A stretch of DNA of 64,000 nt from an uncultured Planctomycetaceae bacterium. GTDB taxonomy: Bacteria > Planctomycetota > Planctomycetia > Pirellulales > PALSA-1355. Location of the stretch: the NCBI GenBank assembly GCA_963785305.1, contig CAWAUV010000004.1:512001-576000 (forward strand), given 5' to 3'. Of the stretch, positions 11,054 through 20,672 are shown in pieces. Under the pieces are notes generated by a model. The model did not search any database. It saw only the letters and a list, made by a program, of their open reading frames with translations, and was not told where the DNA came from. The position numbers and the translations under genes were made by a program. How positions within the stretch are numbered: position 1 is the first letter of the stretch; each line of letters begins with the position of its first letter.

Positions 11054-11650
11054 GTGTTTGGGAATAGATATTACGCGGTCGCTTCGCATTCGTCGCAGAC
11101 TCCGTTGGAGATCGTTATCTCAGATCCACATACCATTGCCGTGCAGCAGCTATTTGTAAAGCACCAGCAGCAGTTGCGGGTGTTCGTCGCGGCGTTGGCG
11201 CCTGATTTTTCGTCAGCTGACGAAGTAATGCAGGAGACGTTCCTGGAAGTGTCACGCAAGGCGTCCGCATTTCGGCTGGATTCGAATTTCGCCGCGTGGG
11301 CACGAACGATCGCCAAATTCAAGGTGCTGGCGTTGGCTCGCGACAAACAACGCGCCGCGTCACGCTTAGCAAAGGACGTCGTCGACGCGTTGGCGGCGGC
11401 AGCGCCTCTGGAAGACGACGACGCCCGACATCGCGACATCATTGACCAGTTGCGAAAATGCCTTGAGCGACTGGCGCCGACGGCCCGCGAGTTGGTGCGC
11501 CTGCGATACTTTGGCGAACACCTCCCAGCGGAAATGGCCCGACTCCGGTCACAGTCGGTAAACGCGATCAACGTGACCCTCTCGCGGGCTCGTCTGGCGC
11601 TCCGGCAATGCATGGAAAGCGGCCTGAAAGAGATCGAGGCGTCGCCGTGA
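11054..11650 (+). CDS. ECF RNA polymerase sigma-70 factor (Rhodopirellula/Verrucomicrobium type); start uncertain
   Basis: ADEVMQETFL, NFAAWARTIAKF, LRKCLERL...RELVRLRY...LSRARLALRQCM; stop overlaps the GTG of the next gene (GTGA). Confidence 0.88.
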   Translation: MFGNRYYAVASHSSQTPLEIVISDPHTIAVQQLFVKHQQQLRVFVAALAPDFSSADEVMQETFLEVSRKASAFRLDSNFAAWARTIAKFKVLALARDKQRAASRLAKDVVDALAAAAPLEDDDARHRDIIDQLRKCLERLAPTARELVRLRYFGEHLPAEMARLRSQSVNAINVTLSRARLALRQCMESGLKEIEASP

Positions 11651-13425
11651 ATGACGATCGCCTTTCGTATTTGGTTGACCGCTACCTTGATGTCCAACTC
11701 ACGGTGGCCGAGCGAGGAGAACTCGAGGATCTTCCGCGGCGGTCCGCTACATCACGCGCTCAGTTTTGGCGGGAGGCCCGACTTCACGCTCAGGTACACG
11801 AGGCTGAGAGCGGCGCGGAAATGGGGATGCCCAAAGGGCAGCGCGTCGTGCCCACGCAATGGAAAAAAAAGTCGCGGCGTTTGCCGTGTTCGTCGCATGC
11901 CTTGTGGTCATTGCGAGTGTCGTGAGTCGACGCCCCCCGAAGCAACCTCAAATGATCGAGACGAAGGCGCATGAGAGCGAATCGACCACCGCGGCGATCG
12001 CCGTGCTAAGTCGGACGCTGAACGTGGAATGGGACTATCCGGCCGGCGAGCAACTGCCCGGCGCGGCGTTGGAAGCGGGCTGGTTGCGCCTAAAAGGCGG
12101 ATTTGCCTATGTTCAATTTTTCAATGGTGTGGGAATCGTGCTCGAAGGTCCGACGGAAGTGCAGCTTGTTTCCGGCGTCGAGGCATTTTGTCGCTCCGGC
12201 CGTTTGAGGGCTCAGGTGCCCCGAGCCGCGAACGGATTCACTGTTCGGACACCCCGACTTCGAGTCGTGGATATTGGCACGGCGTTTGGCGTGTATGTAA
12301 GCAGCCAGCGCGACGAAGTCCACACGTTCAAGGGCGAGGTAGAGCTACATCCGGCATCGGCCGGGGCACGACAGCTGAAGGTAGGAGAGGCGATCGTCGC
12401 GGTCGGAGACGGCAAAATCCAAGCAATCCCGTGCAATCCAGCGGCATTCATGTCCCCGGCCGACATGGAGCACGAATCAGATGAGTCTCAGTTCAAGTTT
12501 CGCGTTTTTTGCTAGCACTCGAATCGCCGATTTCTCGTGGGTTTTGCACAGTTTGACGGCCGAACTGCCAATTTTTGCATGTTACCGAGAGGCCGAAGGT
12601 TGCCGGAAACGCGCCGAAATCGGAGAAACCACGACGAATCGGGCTATCGGAACTTTTGAAAACCGCGAAAGTCGAACTCAGGGGCGCCGATTAAAGGCGT
12701 GGCGCGATTCGTCGGCGCGATTCAGGAGAGATCCGTCACTCGTCGTGCTCTTTGATTTTGAGCAAGTTTCATGGGTCGATCGCGTGCTACGGAATCTGGC
12801 GCCGGGAGCAATCGCTGATGACGCCGCGGTCGTTGGTTGCGGCAAGGCCGAGGGGCGATGGCTCGGCAAAGGCGCGATAGAGTTTCGGAATCTGAGCGAT
12901 CGTGTCCGCGTGCGTGTTCCGGGCACGCATGAGTCGTTAACCTTGGCGACTTGGGTTCGCGTCGATCGACTGGAGGGCCGCTTCAATTCACTGTTCATGA
13001 CGGACGCATTCGAGCTCGGGGCCGTGCATTGGCAGATCCGCGGCAACGGCAGCCTGCATCTTGCCGTGTCGGGGCCCGCGAACGAGCCCGCCACGAATTA
13101 CAACTACGATTCGCCCGGAATATTTACCACCGAAAGACTAGGCCAGTGGACTCATCTGGCGATGGTGCTCGACGGATCTCGAGGCCAGATGATACATTAT
13201 GTGGACGGCCAGCCTGTCGGCCGATTTGCGCTGTCCAAGGAGGTTGCACTTCACATCGAGCACGGAGAGCTGGGAAACTGGAATCCGGGCAATTCATCGG
13301 ACCGTGCGCCAATTCGCTACCTCAGTGGCCGTATGGACGAGTTTGCAATGTTTGGGCGGGCGTTGAGTGACCAGGAGATTATCGACGTCTACAAGGCCGG
13401 ATCGCCCGAGCCACGAACGCCGTAG
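11647..13425 (+). pseudogene. FecR-like + LamG (concanavalin A-like) anti-sigma factor, interrupted by a MITE at 12491-12677 and frameshifted at the A-run near 11865
   Basis: GTG start VNDDRLSYLVDRYLD..., TM helix (VAAFAVFVACLVVIASVV), FecR motifs (LEGPT, GFTVRTP, VVDIGTAFGV), LamG motifs (TLATWVR, GQWTHLAMV, GRMDEFAMFGRALS). Removing the MITE and one TCA restores the frame DESQ|GRRLKAW. Confidence 0.85.
12491..12677. mobile_element. 187-bp MITE, copy 2 (inverted relative to copy 1)
   Basis: Ends GTTCAAGTTTCGCG...CGCGAAAGTCGAAC; TCA direct repeats at 12488-12490 and 12678-12680; inserted in coding sequence. Confidence 0.92.
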
Positions 13426-13466
13426 ACCGGCCAGCTGGGCGGTGATTGCTTAACCAGGAGACCCGA

Positions 13467-14711
13467 ATGACATCATCTCGATTCATCGATAGACGGACTG
13501 TCATCAAGGGATTTGGCGTCGCCATGGCCCTGCCGTGGCTGGAATCAATCGCCCGCGCGGCCGAGCCGACGCGTCCCGGAAGGATGATTATTCTGACGCA
13601 GAAGTTCGGCATGTACGCGCCGTCATTTCATCCCGACATCGAAGGCATCGATTACGAGATCACGGAGGGACTAAAACCCCTGGAGCGGCACCGGCGCCGG
13701 ATTACAGTATTTAAGAACCTGGGTCTCGCGGTAAGCGGCGGGCACGCCGCGGCGCCATGCATCCTTTCCGACATGAAACGAACGGACGCAAGCTCGCATC
13801 CCGACGGTGGACTGACCGTGGACGCGAGGGCCGCTGAGCATTATGCCACGGCGACGCGGTTTCCGATGCTCAATCTTTGGGGCAATCCCGACAACGATCA
13901 ACACACATCGTTCTCGCGGAACGGAGCGAAAATCCCCTACGTCAGGAGCCCTGTCGAGCTGTTTCGGCTGCTGTTCGCCGATCTGTCCGCCGAAGAGAAA
14001 GCCAAGCGACAATTCGAGCTCCTGGGTGATCACAGCGTGCTCGATACAGTCAACGAAAGCGCTCGGCAGTTGTCAAGGAAACTGTCGTCGAGCGACAAGC
14101 AGCGCCTGGGCGAATACTTCGCCAGCATTCGCGACTCGGAAAAGAAGCTCAAGTCGTACAAGGATTGGCTGGCGATTCCGAAACCCCAGGCTGATCCGGT
14201 TCTTCAAAAGGAAATCGAGGCCGCCCGGAAGGAAAGTCAGGTCAAGACATACGACGCTTTTCTGACCCTCGTCCCGCTCATCCTGCAAACCGATTCCTCA
14301 AGGATCGTCAGTATCGACGTGTGGACTAATCCCCAGTGGGACATTCCGGGCATCTCCGACAATTATCACAGCCTCACGCATCACGGCCAGTTGCCGGAGA
14401 AGATCAAGCAACTAATGACGATCGACCGCTGTCATCTTAACCACTTCGCCGGGTTGATCGACGCTATTGAAGGAATGGGCCTTCTCGATACAACGCAATT
14501 GCTCTACTGCTCCGGAATGAGCGATGGTAACTCGCACAGCAATCAGAACCTCCCCATCATCCTGGCCGGTGGCGGGTACAACCACGGGAGAATGATCGAC
14601 GTCAAGGCGGAGCAACCCCTCGGCAATCTTTACAATAGCATGCTTCAGAAACTGGGCGTCGAAACCGATCACTTCAATCGAAGCACCGGGACAATGAGAG
14701 GGCTCGCATGA
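13467..14711 (+). CDS. DUF1552 family protein with twin-arginine-like leader
   Basis: IDRRTVIKGFGVAMALPWLES; YHSLTHHG; SGMSDGNSHSNQNLPIILAGGG; coupled (ATGA) to the DUF1592 gene. Confidence 0.88.
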   Translation: MTSSRFIDRRTVIKGFGVAMALPWLESIARAAEPTRPGRMIILTQKFGMYAPSFHPDIEGIDYEITEGLKPLERHRRRITVFKNLGLAVSGGHAAAPCILSDMKRTDASSHPDGGLTVDARAAEHYATATRFPMLNLWGNPDNDQHTSFSRNGAKIPYVRSPVELFRLLFADLSAEEKAKRQFELLGDHSVLDTVNESARQLSRKLSSSDKQRLGEYFASIRDSEKKLKSYKDWLAIPKPQADPVLQKEIEAARKESQVKTYDAFLTLVPLILQTDSSRIVSIDVWTNPQWDIPGISDNYHSLTHHGQLPEKIKQLMTIDRCHLNHFAGLIDAIEGMGLLDTTQLLYCSGMSDGNSHSNQNLPIILAGGGYNHGRMIDVKAEQPLGNLYNSMLQKLGVETDHFNRSTGTMRGLA

Positions 14712-17227
14712 GGTGGATTGTAGCCGTGGTTTTCCGCGCCGCGGCATTTATCGCGATGGCCCTTCCCGAACTGCGGACGGCGAATGGCGCGGATTTTGGC
14801 GTTACCTCCGATGCGGGCGCGAACGTCACTTCCAACGACCCGTGGTTCCAGTTTGCCCAGGCTTACTGCGTCAAGTGCCACGGCCCCGAAAAGCAGGAAG
14901 CGAAGCTCCGTCTCGACTGCCTGACGCTGGCCGATACCAACAACGAGAACTACCCGACCTGGAAGCGCGTCATCACCGCGTTGCGGAAAGGAGAGATGCC
15001 ACCCGAGGAAAGCCCGCGCCAACCCACAAGACCAGAGGTTTTGGGCATTGCCGCCGCGTTCACCGATTCAGTTCATTTGGCGGAAAAGGCGGGGCGACTA
15101 AACCGGGAACCCGTGCCACTCAAACGACTGACACGAACCCAGTACCGCAACACCTTGCGAGACCTGTTAAAAGTCGATATCGGTCTCAATGACCCCACCC
15201 GCGGGCTTCCGGATGACCGGGGAGGTTCCGACTTCGACGTTGTCGGCGACGACCTAAAAATGTCCGATGTCTTAATGGAAGCCTACCTCCGCGCGGGTTC
15301 GCGAATGATTGATGAAGTAACGTGCGATGGGCCGCGACCACAATCCATCCACAGACAATACATTGACACGACAGACCGTTACCGTCTCGAAGGTGGCATC
15401 GATGGAGACATCATCGGGCACGAGATTTACAATCACTACGACATCGACCGTGGCTACTGGGTCACGCCACAGGAATGCGGGCATGTGAAGATCATTGGTC
15501 CGACTCCGTTCACTGTCGGAGGGTATTACAGGTTGACTTTCGAGGTCGAATCTCTCTGGCGGGGACGATCCGACGTAACGAAAGTCCTCAGGGAATACAG
15601 CCCGCGGAGGCCCCACCAGTTCGCGGTCCGGCTCTTGTCGCCCGAGGGAACCTTCCCGGAAGTGGAGCATCTCGTCTCCATTAACGAGCTTCCGGATGAG
15701 AAGGTTGTGAAGATCGAACACGAGGTCTGGGTTCCGAGGAACTGGCGATTGCAGCTCTACTTTGAGAATGGCCCGGCGTGTCCGATGTGGGTGTTGTATC
15801 AGGAGCTGGTGGACTGGCACGAAATCCCGACCCCTCCCAATGCCAGTGCAAGTGAAAAAGAAGCCATCAAGAAAAAGAACGCGGAAACGTTGGGCGGCAC
15901 GTATACCACTCCCCAGATCAAGGAGTTCATGCGGACGGCCGTGTCGCCAAGGATCAGAATCCACAAAATGGCGATCAATGGTCCATCTTATAAGTCCTGG
16001 CCACCTGAATTCCATGCCGCGCTATATGGCAGCAAGGACTCCCGGGAAGCCATTCGCAACTTCTCACGGCGGGCTTTCAGGAGATACGTGACGGAAGAGG
16101 AACTCCAACCGTTCTATAGCCTCGCTCAAAAACAGGGTTTTCAATTGGCGGCAAAGGCGATGCTTTGCTCGCCGGATTTCCTTTATCTGTATGAGAACGA
16201 AGGCAAACTAGATAATGAAGCTCTCGCCAATCGCTTATCGTATGCATTAACGAACTCCATGCCCGATGACGAGCTTTTTCAATTAGCGGCCGCGGGAATG
16301 TTAACCGATCCCGAGGTCTTCAATGATCAAATCGACAGGCTCTTGGCTTCTTCCCGATCAGAGGATTTTATTGAAAGCTTCGTAACCCAATGGTTGCGAC
16401 TGCGCAATATCGACAAAATGCCTCCAGATGAAAAGAAGTTTCCCGCGTTCTACCGAATCTCACATGGTTATACGGGCACCAAGGAAGCGATCGTCAAGGA
16501 GCCGGTTATCTATTTCAGGCATCTTGTCGCCGAAAATCTCCCGGTCTCTTTGCTAATCGACTCCGACTTCACGTTCATGAATGATTCACTCGCGGACTTT
16601 TATGGAGTTACCGGCGTTGATACGAGTGCCTTCCAAAAGGTGAAGCTGGAGCAAAGCCTCAATCGGGGCGGACTCCTTGGAATGTCCGCGGTCTTGACCG
16701 CCTCCGCGAACGGCGTGGATACTTCGCCGGTCGTCCGGGGTATTTACATTCTGGATAACCTCATGGGCAAACCCCCGGCGCCACCGCCACCGGGAATCAA
16801 ACTCCCCCAGCCCGACGTTCGTGGCGCCAGCACCATTCGGGATCTTCTGGAGAAGCATAGCGCCGAGGCATCATGCGGAAGTTGCCATAAAACGATCGAT
16901 CCAATCGGATTTGCCTTGGAAAACTTCGATGCGGTCGGTCATTGGAGAACGGCGTATCCCAACCGCGCTATCAACGCATCGGGGGCGTTTCCGAACGGAA
17001 CCGCGTTCACCGACATTTACGGTTTCAAGAAAGAGCTGAACGCGAAATGCGACATCGTGGCGGAAAATCTAGTCAGGGAACTGCTTGTCTATTTTACAGG
17101 TCGCAAGATGGGACCCTTGGACGACGAAACGATCGAGCAAATCCGCACGACGGCGAAGGCCAAAGGTTATACGATGAAAGACTTGGTTAAAGCGACGCTG
17201 AATAGCGAGATATTCTTGCGAAAATAG
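14708..17227 (+). CDS. DUF1592/DUF1588-type (PSD/PSCyt) protein with planctomycete cytochrome c domain
   Basis: Signal peptide; YCVKCHG; KRLTRTQYRNTLRDLL; SPDFLY; RGGLLGM...TSPVVRG; SCGSCHKTIDPIGFALENFDAVGHWR. Confidence 0.9.
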   Translation: MRWIVAVVFRAAAFIAMALPELRTANGADFGVTSDAGANVTSNDPWFQFAQAYCVKCHGPEKQEAKLRLDCLTLADTNNENYPTWKRVITALRKGEMPPEESPRQPTRPEVLGIAAAFTDSVHLAEKAGRLNREPVPLKRLTRTQYRNTLRDLLKVDIGLNDPTRGLPDDRGGSDFDVVGDDLKMSDVLMEAYLRAGSRMIDEVTCDGPRPQSIHRQYIDTTDRYRLEGGIDGDIIGHEIYNHYDIDRGYWVTPQECGHVKIIGPTPFTVGGYYRLTFEVESLWRGRSDVTKVLREYSPRRPHQFAVRLLSPEGTFPEVEHLVSINELPDEKVVKIEHEVWVPRNWRLQLYFENGPACPMWVLYQELVDWHEIPTPPNASASEKEAIKKKNAETLGGTYTTPQIKEFMRTAVSPRIRIHKMAINGPSYKSWPPEFHAALYGSKDSREAIRNFSRRAFRRYVTEEELQPFYSLAQKQGFQLAAKAMLCSPDFLYLYENEGKLDNEALANRLSYALTNSMPDDELFQLAAAGMLTDPEVFNDQIDRLLASSRSEDFIESFVTQWLRLRNIDKMPPDEKKFPAFYRISHGYTGTKEAIVKEPVIYFRHLVAENLPVSLLIDSDFTFMNDSLADFYGVTGVDTSAFQKVKLEQSLNRGGLLGMSAVLTASANGVDTSPVVRGIYILDNLMGKPPAPPPPGIKLPQPDVRGASTIRDLLEKHSAEASCGSCHKTIDPIGFALENFDAVGHWRTAYPNRAINASGAFPNGTAFTDIYGFKKELNAKCDIVAENLVRELLVYFTGRKMGPLDDETIEQIRTTAKAKGYTMKDLVKATLNSEIFLRK

Positions 17228-17571
17228 TCCGGCGCCAAGCGAGATTGTCTTACGGAATGCCCGGATGGCGCGTTGCCCGCCAATCGCTGATGATTGAACA
17301 GGACGCATGGAAAGGCGCCAAGGCAATTAGTTTTCAGACCGTCACCTATTTTCGGCCTCACCGATTCGCGACGTGGGGTTGATTGTACACGATGGTTGTC
17401 GTCTAGCGGTACAGGCGGCGCCGGGGGGAGTCGCAGCGGCGTGATGCCTGGCGAATGTGGCCGCGGGCCGAGGAATTGGGCGGCGGCGGGGACCGGCCGC
17501 GAGCCTGGAACGGGCCGCGAGCGCGGGAACAGAACCGCGCGGCGGCAATGCCTCCAATTGGTGAGTGTCGC

Positions 17572-17607
17572 GTAACACGCTTGGTAACACGCTTGGTAAC
17601 AGGCTTG
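17572..17607. repeat. 12-bp tandem repeat x3 (GTAACACGCTTG)
   Basis: GTAACACGCTTG GTAACACGCTTG GTAACAGGCTTG read directly. Confidence 0.85.
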
Positions 17608-17648
17608 GCCGTTTGATCGGTCGGGGCTTGCGATGTTTGCGGGCGTCG

Positions 17649-18047
17649 CTAGCGCTTCACGGAGCAAGTTTTAGCTGAACAGCGGCCGGTCAGTCGCAAT
17701 CGGTTTTTGGCGAAGATGCGATAACCGATGTCCATCATCCGCGAGATGATCGGAAGACGGGTCAGCGCCACCAAGGGGCCAAGCCCAATCGCTGAATACA
17801 GGCGCCGGAATACCTCCACGCCGGTAATCCAGGTTCCATCGGGCAGTCGTCCGTGCATTTTCGCCATCAATTCGTCGTATGTCTTACCGAGGGTTTCGGG
17901 GCGAAAATCAGCGGCGTCAATATCCGTGAAGGTGATTTTGCCCTGGCGATCCCGCCGTTTCAGAAAATGGACCTCCCGAAGACAAAGCGGACAGCCGCCG
18001 TCGAAGAAGACTTCCATTTCCGCGGATTTCGTCGCTTCCATTGCCAT
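17649..18047 (-). CDS. DCC-family thiol-disulfide oxidoreductase-like protein (DUF393)
   Basis: [13 protein letters not shown] (DxxCxxC), [24 protein letters not shown]. Confidence 0.85.
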   Translation of the reverse strand: MAMEATKSAEMEVFFDGGCPLCLREVHFLKRRDRQGKITFTDIDAADFRPETLGKTYDELMAKMHGRLPDGTWITGVEVFRRLYSAIGLGPLVALTRLPIISRMMDIGYRIFAKNRLRLTGRCSAKTCSVKR

Positions 18048-18123
18048 GTTTCGCCCCAAAATGCGTCAGCCGAGCCCTTGATTCTAACCGACATGGGAGC
18101 GCGGGATTAACCGCGGCGGGAGA

Positions 18124-19065
18124 TCATGTTTTCGTGCTGACCAGGGCTTTCCGGATCGCCTCTCGAATCCCCATGGGCCTGATCGAAAACAGGTCCAGGG
18201 CCGTCGTGTCCTGAACCACGGTGGGATTCTTCAAGCCTTCGATCAAGTGCCGACCGACCTCGAAGGCGGCGGGCGTCACCAGGGCGAGCCACAGGCTTGA
18301 CAGATAAGGCGTCAGCACCGGGACCGAGATCAACCATCGTCGCAGGCCCCGCTGCCGGGCGTATTCCCGGATCATGCCGCCGTAGGTCGTGACATCGGGA
18401 CAACCGATCTCGAAGATGCGGCTTTCGCCTGGAGGCAAATCCCTGGCCGCCAAGAGATAGGCCAACACGTCGTCCACGGCGATAGGTTGCGTGGGTGTCG
18501 TAAGCCAACGAGGGCAAAGCATGACGGGCAGCCGGTCGGTCAACGACTTGACCAGATCGAAGGACAGACTGCCCGTGCCAATGACCAGCGACGCCCGGAA
18601 TTCGATGGTCTCGATGCCGGAATCCCGAAGGATTTGGCCGACCTCGTGACGGCTGCGCAAATGCGGGGAGAGTTTCGGGTCGGCGTCATCGCCCAGGCCA
18701 CCGAGGTAGATGATCCGCCGCGCCCCGGCTTTCTTCGCGGCGAGGGCAAAGTTCGTCGCCGCCTGGCGGTCTTCCTTTTCGAATTCCTTCGACCCGGACA
18801 TCAGGTGGACGAGGTAGTAGGCCGTTTGGACGCCCTTCAGCGCGTCGTCAAGCGAACCAGGGTCAAGAACATCGCCCCCGACGATCCGCGTGCATTCCTT
18901 GACGAGCGGCCGCAATTTGTCCGGATTTCGGGCTAGACACCGCAAGACGATGGGCTGGTGTTCGAGCAGCGGAATGAGCCGACCGCCGACATAGCCGGAT
19001 GCGCCCGTCAACAGCACAACGGGAGCATTCGGCGCTTCAGGATTTTCTAACTCCGGTGGTGGCAT
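18124..19065 (-). CDS. NAD(P)-binding atypical SDR / epimerase, YbjT-like
   Basis: LLTGASGYVGGRL Rossmann motif; AYYLVHLM; IIYLGGLG; SPHLRSRHEVG; TQPIAVDDVLAYL. Confidence 0.85.
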   Translation of the reverse strand: MPPPELENPEAPNAPVVLLTGASGYVGGRLIPLLEHQPIVLRCLARNPDKLRPLVKECTRIVGGDVLDPGSLDDALKGVQTAYYLVHLMSGSKEFEKEDRQAATNFALAAKKAGARRIIYLGGLGDDADPKLSPHLRSRHEVGQILRDSGIETIEFRASLVIGTGSLSFDLVKSLTDRLPVMLCPRWLTTPTQPIAVDDVLAYLLAARDLPPGESRIFEIGCPDVTTYGGMIREYARQRGLRRWLISVPVLTPYLSSLWLALVTPAAFEVGRHLIEGLKNPTVVQDTTALDLFSIRPMGIREAIRKALVSTKT

Positions 19066-19254
19066 TGTCTTCGCTCGAACTCCCGGTTAGGAAACGTGTT
19101 GCTTTGCGGGTAGTAGCCTGTTGAAATATTCAACCGGCCGCGCCGCGACGAGCTTTGCTCGGCGCTTGGCGAGGCTGATAGCATTCCTCGAGGGCATTTT
19201 ACTGTTTATCGAACCGCGGCACATGCTGGGCCGCGGATGAAATCGAGGTTGGTG

Positions 19255-19865
19255 ATGTTGTCGTGGCGAAAACCGTCTGCTGAATCCATTCGCCCTTTTC
19301 TGGCGGCGCGGGCGACATTGCCCTTCACCTATTCGGCGGTGGGAGCAACCGCGACGACTCCGCCCGCTGGCCATGTCGTGGATCACACCCGCGTCGGGCT
19401 GGGGGAAGGCGAGTCGGTATTCCGGCTGGCGATAGCCGCCTTGCAACGATGGGAGCAGTTTCGATTGGGCTGGGTGGAAGCGTGGTCGCCGGACACTCCG
19501 ATTCGCTCCGGCGAAGTGGTGGCGGTGATGGGGAAAGCCATCGGCTTGTGGTGGCTGAACTCGTGCCGAATCGTATATGTCGTCGACGAATCGGGACCGA
19601 TCCGCAAGTTCGGCTTCGCTTATGGAACATTGCCCGGCCACGTTGAGAGCGGTGAAGAACGATTCTTGATCGAGTGGAACCAGGGCGACGACCGGGTTTG
19701 CTACGACATTCTGGCCTTTTCGAAACCGAACCACATCTTGACCCGGCTCGGTTATCCGATGGTCCGCCGCGGCAGAAACGATTTGGGCGGGACTCGGCGG
19801 AGGCAATTTTCAGGGCGATCAACGGGGCTAAACCGATTCCCGAAGTCCGCCAGAGCACACGATGA
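19255..19865 (+). CDS. DUF1990 family protein; frameshift near 19770
   Basis: FTYSAVGAT, CRIVYVVDE, FGFAYGTLPGHVESGEERF; the C-terminus QKRFGRDSAEAI is in the frame of ORF 19674-19865, so the 455-aa ORF is read-through. Confidence 0.82.
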
Positions 19866-19917
19866 ATCTCCGACCGGCAAGACGGTCGCGCTTTTACGGG
19901 TCGGCGTGGTGTTCAAC

Positions 19918-19968
19918 GCACGACGCCCGCCGAGGACTTGCGTCGCTCGGCGGGCGTTGTTGCTTTTA
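19918..19968. terminator. Probable intrinsic terminator between convergent genes
   Basis: CGACGCCCGCCGAG / CTCGGCGGGCGTTG stem followed by TTGCTTTT. Confidence 0.55.
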
Positions 19969-20004
19969 TGTTGCGCGAGATTCGTTCCCGAGGGCGAGGG
20001 CCGC

Positions 20005-20496
20005 TTATTTCGCGGGGGCGGCGGCGGGTTGATTCGGGGCCGGAACCGCGGGCGGCGTGGCCATGTGTTCGCCGTCGGTCGATTCGGGAATCACCGGCAT
20101 TTCGCCCGGCTTCGGGAAGGCCGACTCGGGAATGTCGTCGAGCTTCTCCTTGCGATCGGCCTGGGCGAGGAGCGAGTAACCCTTGGCGTCGAGATCGTAG
20201 CGGCCCCAGAACACGCGGCGGTACGGGTTGTAGTAGTAGACATACCGCGGGCGGCTCGGGTAGTACAAGCAGTAGTGGTACTGATACGTCGTCGCGGTGA
20301 CGACCGGCTTGTAGTAGTAATAGACATAGTAGTAGGTGTGTTGCGGGTAGTAGGTCCAGGTCGTGTAATAGGCCCGGTAATAGCCCGCTTGGGCCGACGA
20401 CGTGGCGGCGGCCCCGACGCCGAGCAGCACGGCGGCCAGGCAAGCAAGTTTGAGCAAGGCGGCCCGGCGGCTCGGAGTGGTCGTGTTCGCGTTCAT
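20005..20496 (-). CDS. Secreted tyrosine-rich hypothetical protein
   Basis: ATG 20496 after AGGAGA; leader SRRAALLKLACLAAVLLGVGAAATSSAQA; 24 Tyr in the next 63 residues; Pro-rich tail. Confidence 0.8.
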   Translation of the reverse strand: MNANTTTPSRRAALLKLACLAAVLLGVGAAATSSAQAGYYRAYYTTWTYYPQHTYYYVYYYYKPVVTATTYQYHYCLYYPSRPRYVYYYNPYRRVFWGRYDLDAKGYSLLAQADRKEKLDDIPESAFPKPGEMPVIPESTDGEHMATPPAVPAPNQPAAAPAK

Positions 20497-20672
20497 GGGA
20501 TTCTCCTTCGAGGTATGAGAGGAAGTTTTTGGCGACTCGTCCAAACTGGTTGTTTGCGTCTCGTGTTCGCCTTCACACCCGAGAAAACGAAGCTGGCGGG
20601 CTGATCTTCCGCCTTGGCGATAAAAATTTTTCGCGAGTGTCGGAACCGTGTCGCGCAGGGGGAATCGGAGAG

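Noticed and set aside
12481..13425. 314-aa ORF as an independent gene sharing a 'domain' with ORF 10483-10836
   Set aside because: The shared peptide is just the translated MITE; the rest is the LamG half of the interrupted anti-sigma gene.
17572..17607. Possible CRISPR array
   Set aside because: Units are 12 bp, contiguous and without spacers; no cas genes and no repeat-spacer array were seen in the window.
19237..20604. 455-aa ORF as a long DUF1990 fusion
   Set aside because: Read-through from a frameshift near 19770; the tail is antisense to the Tyr-rich gene.
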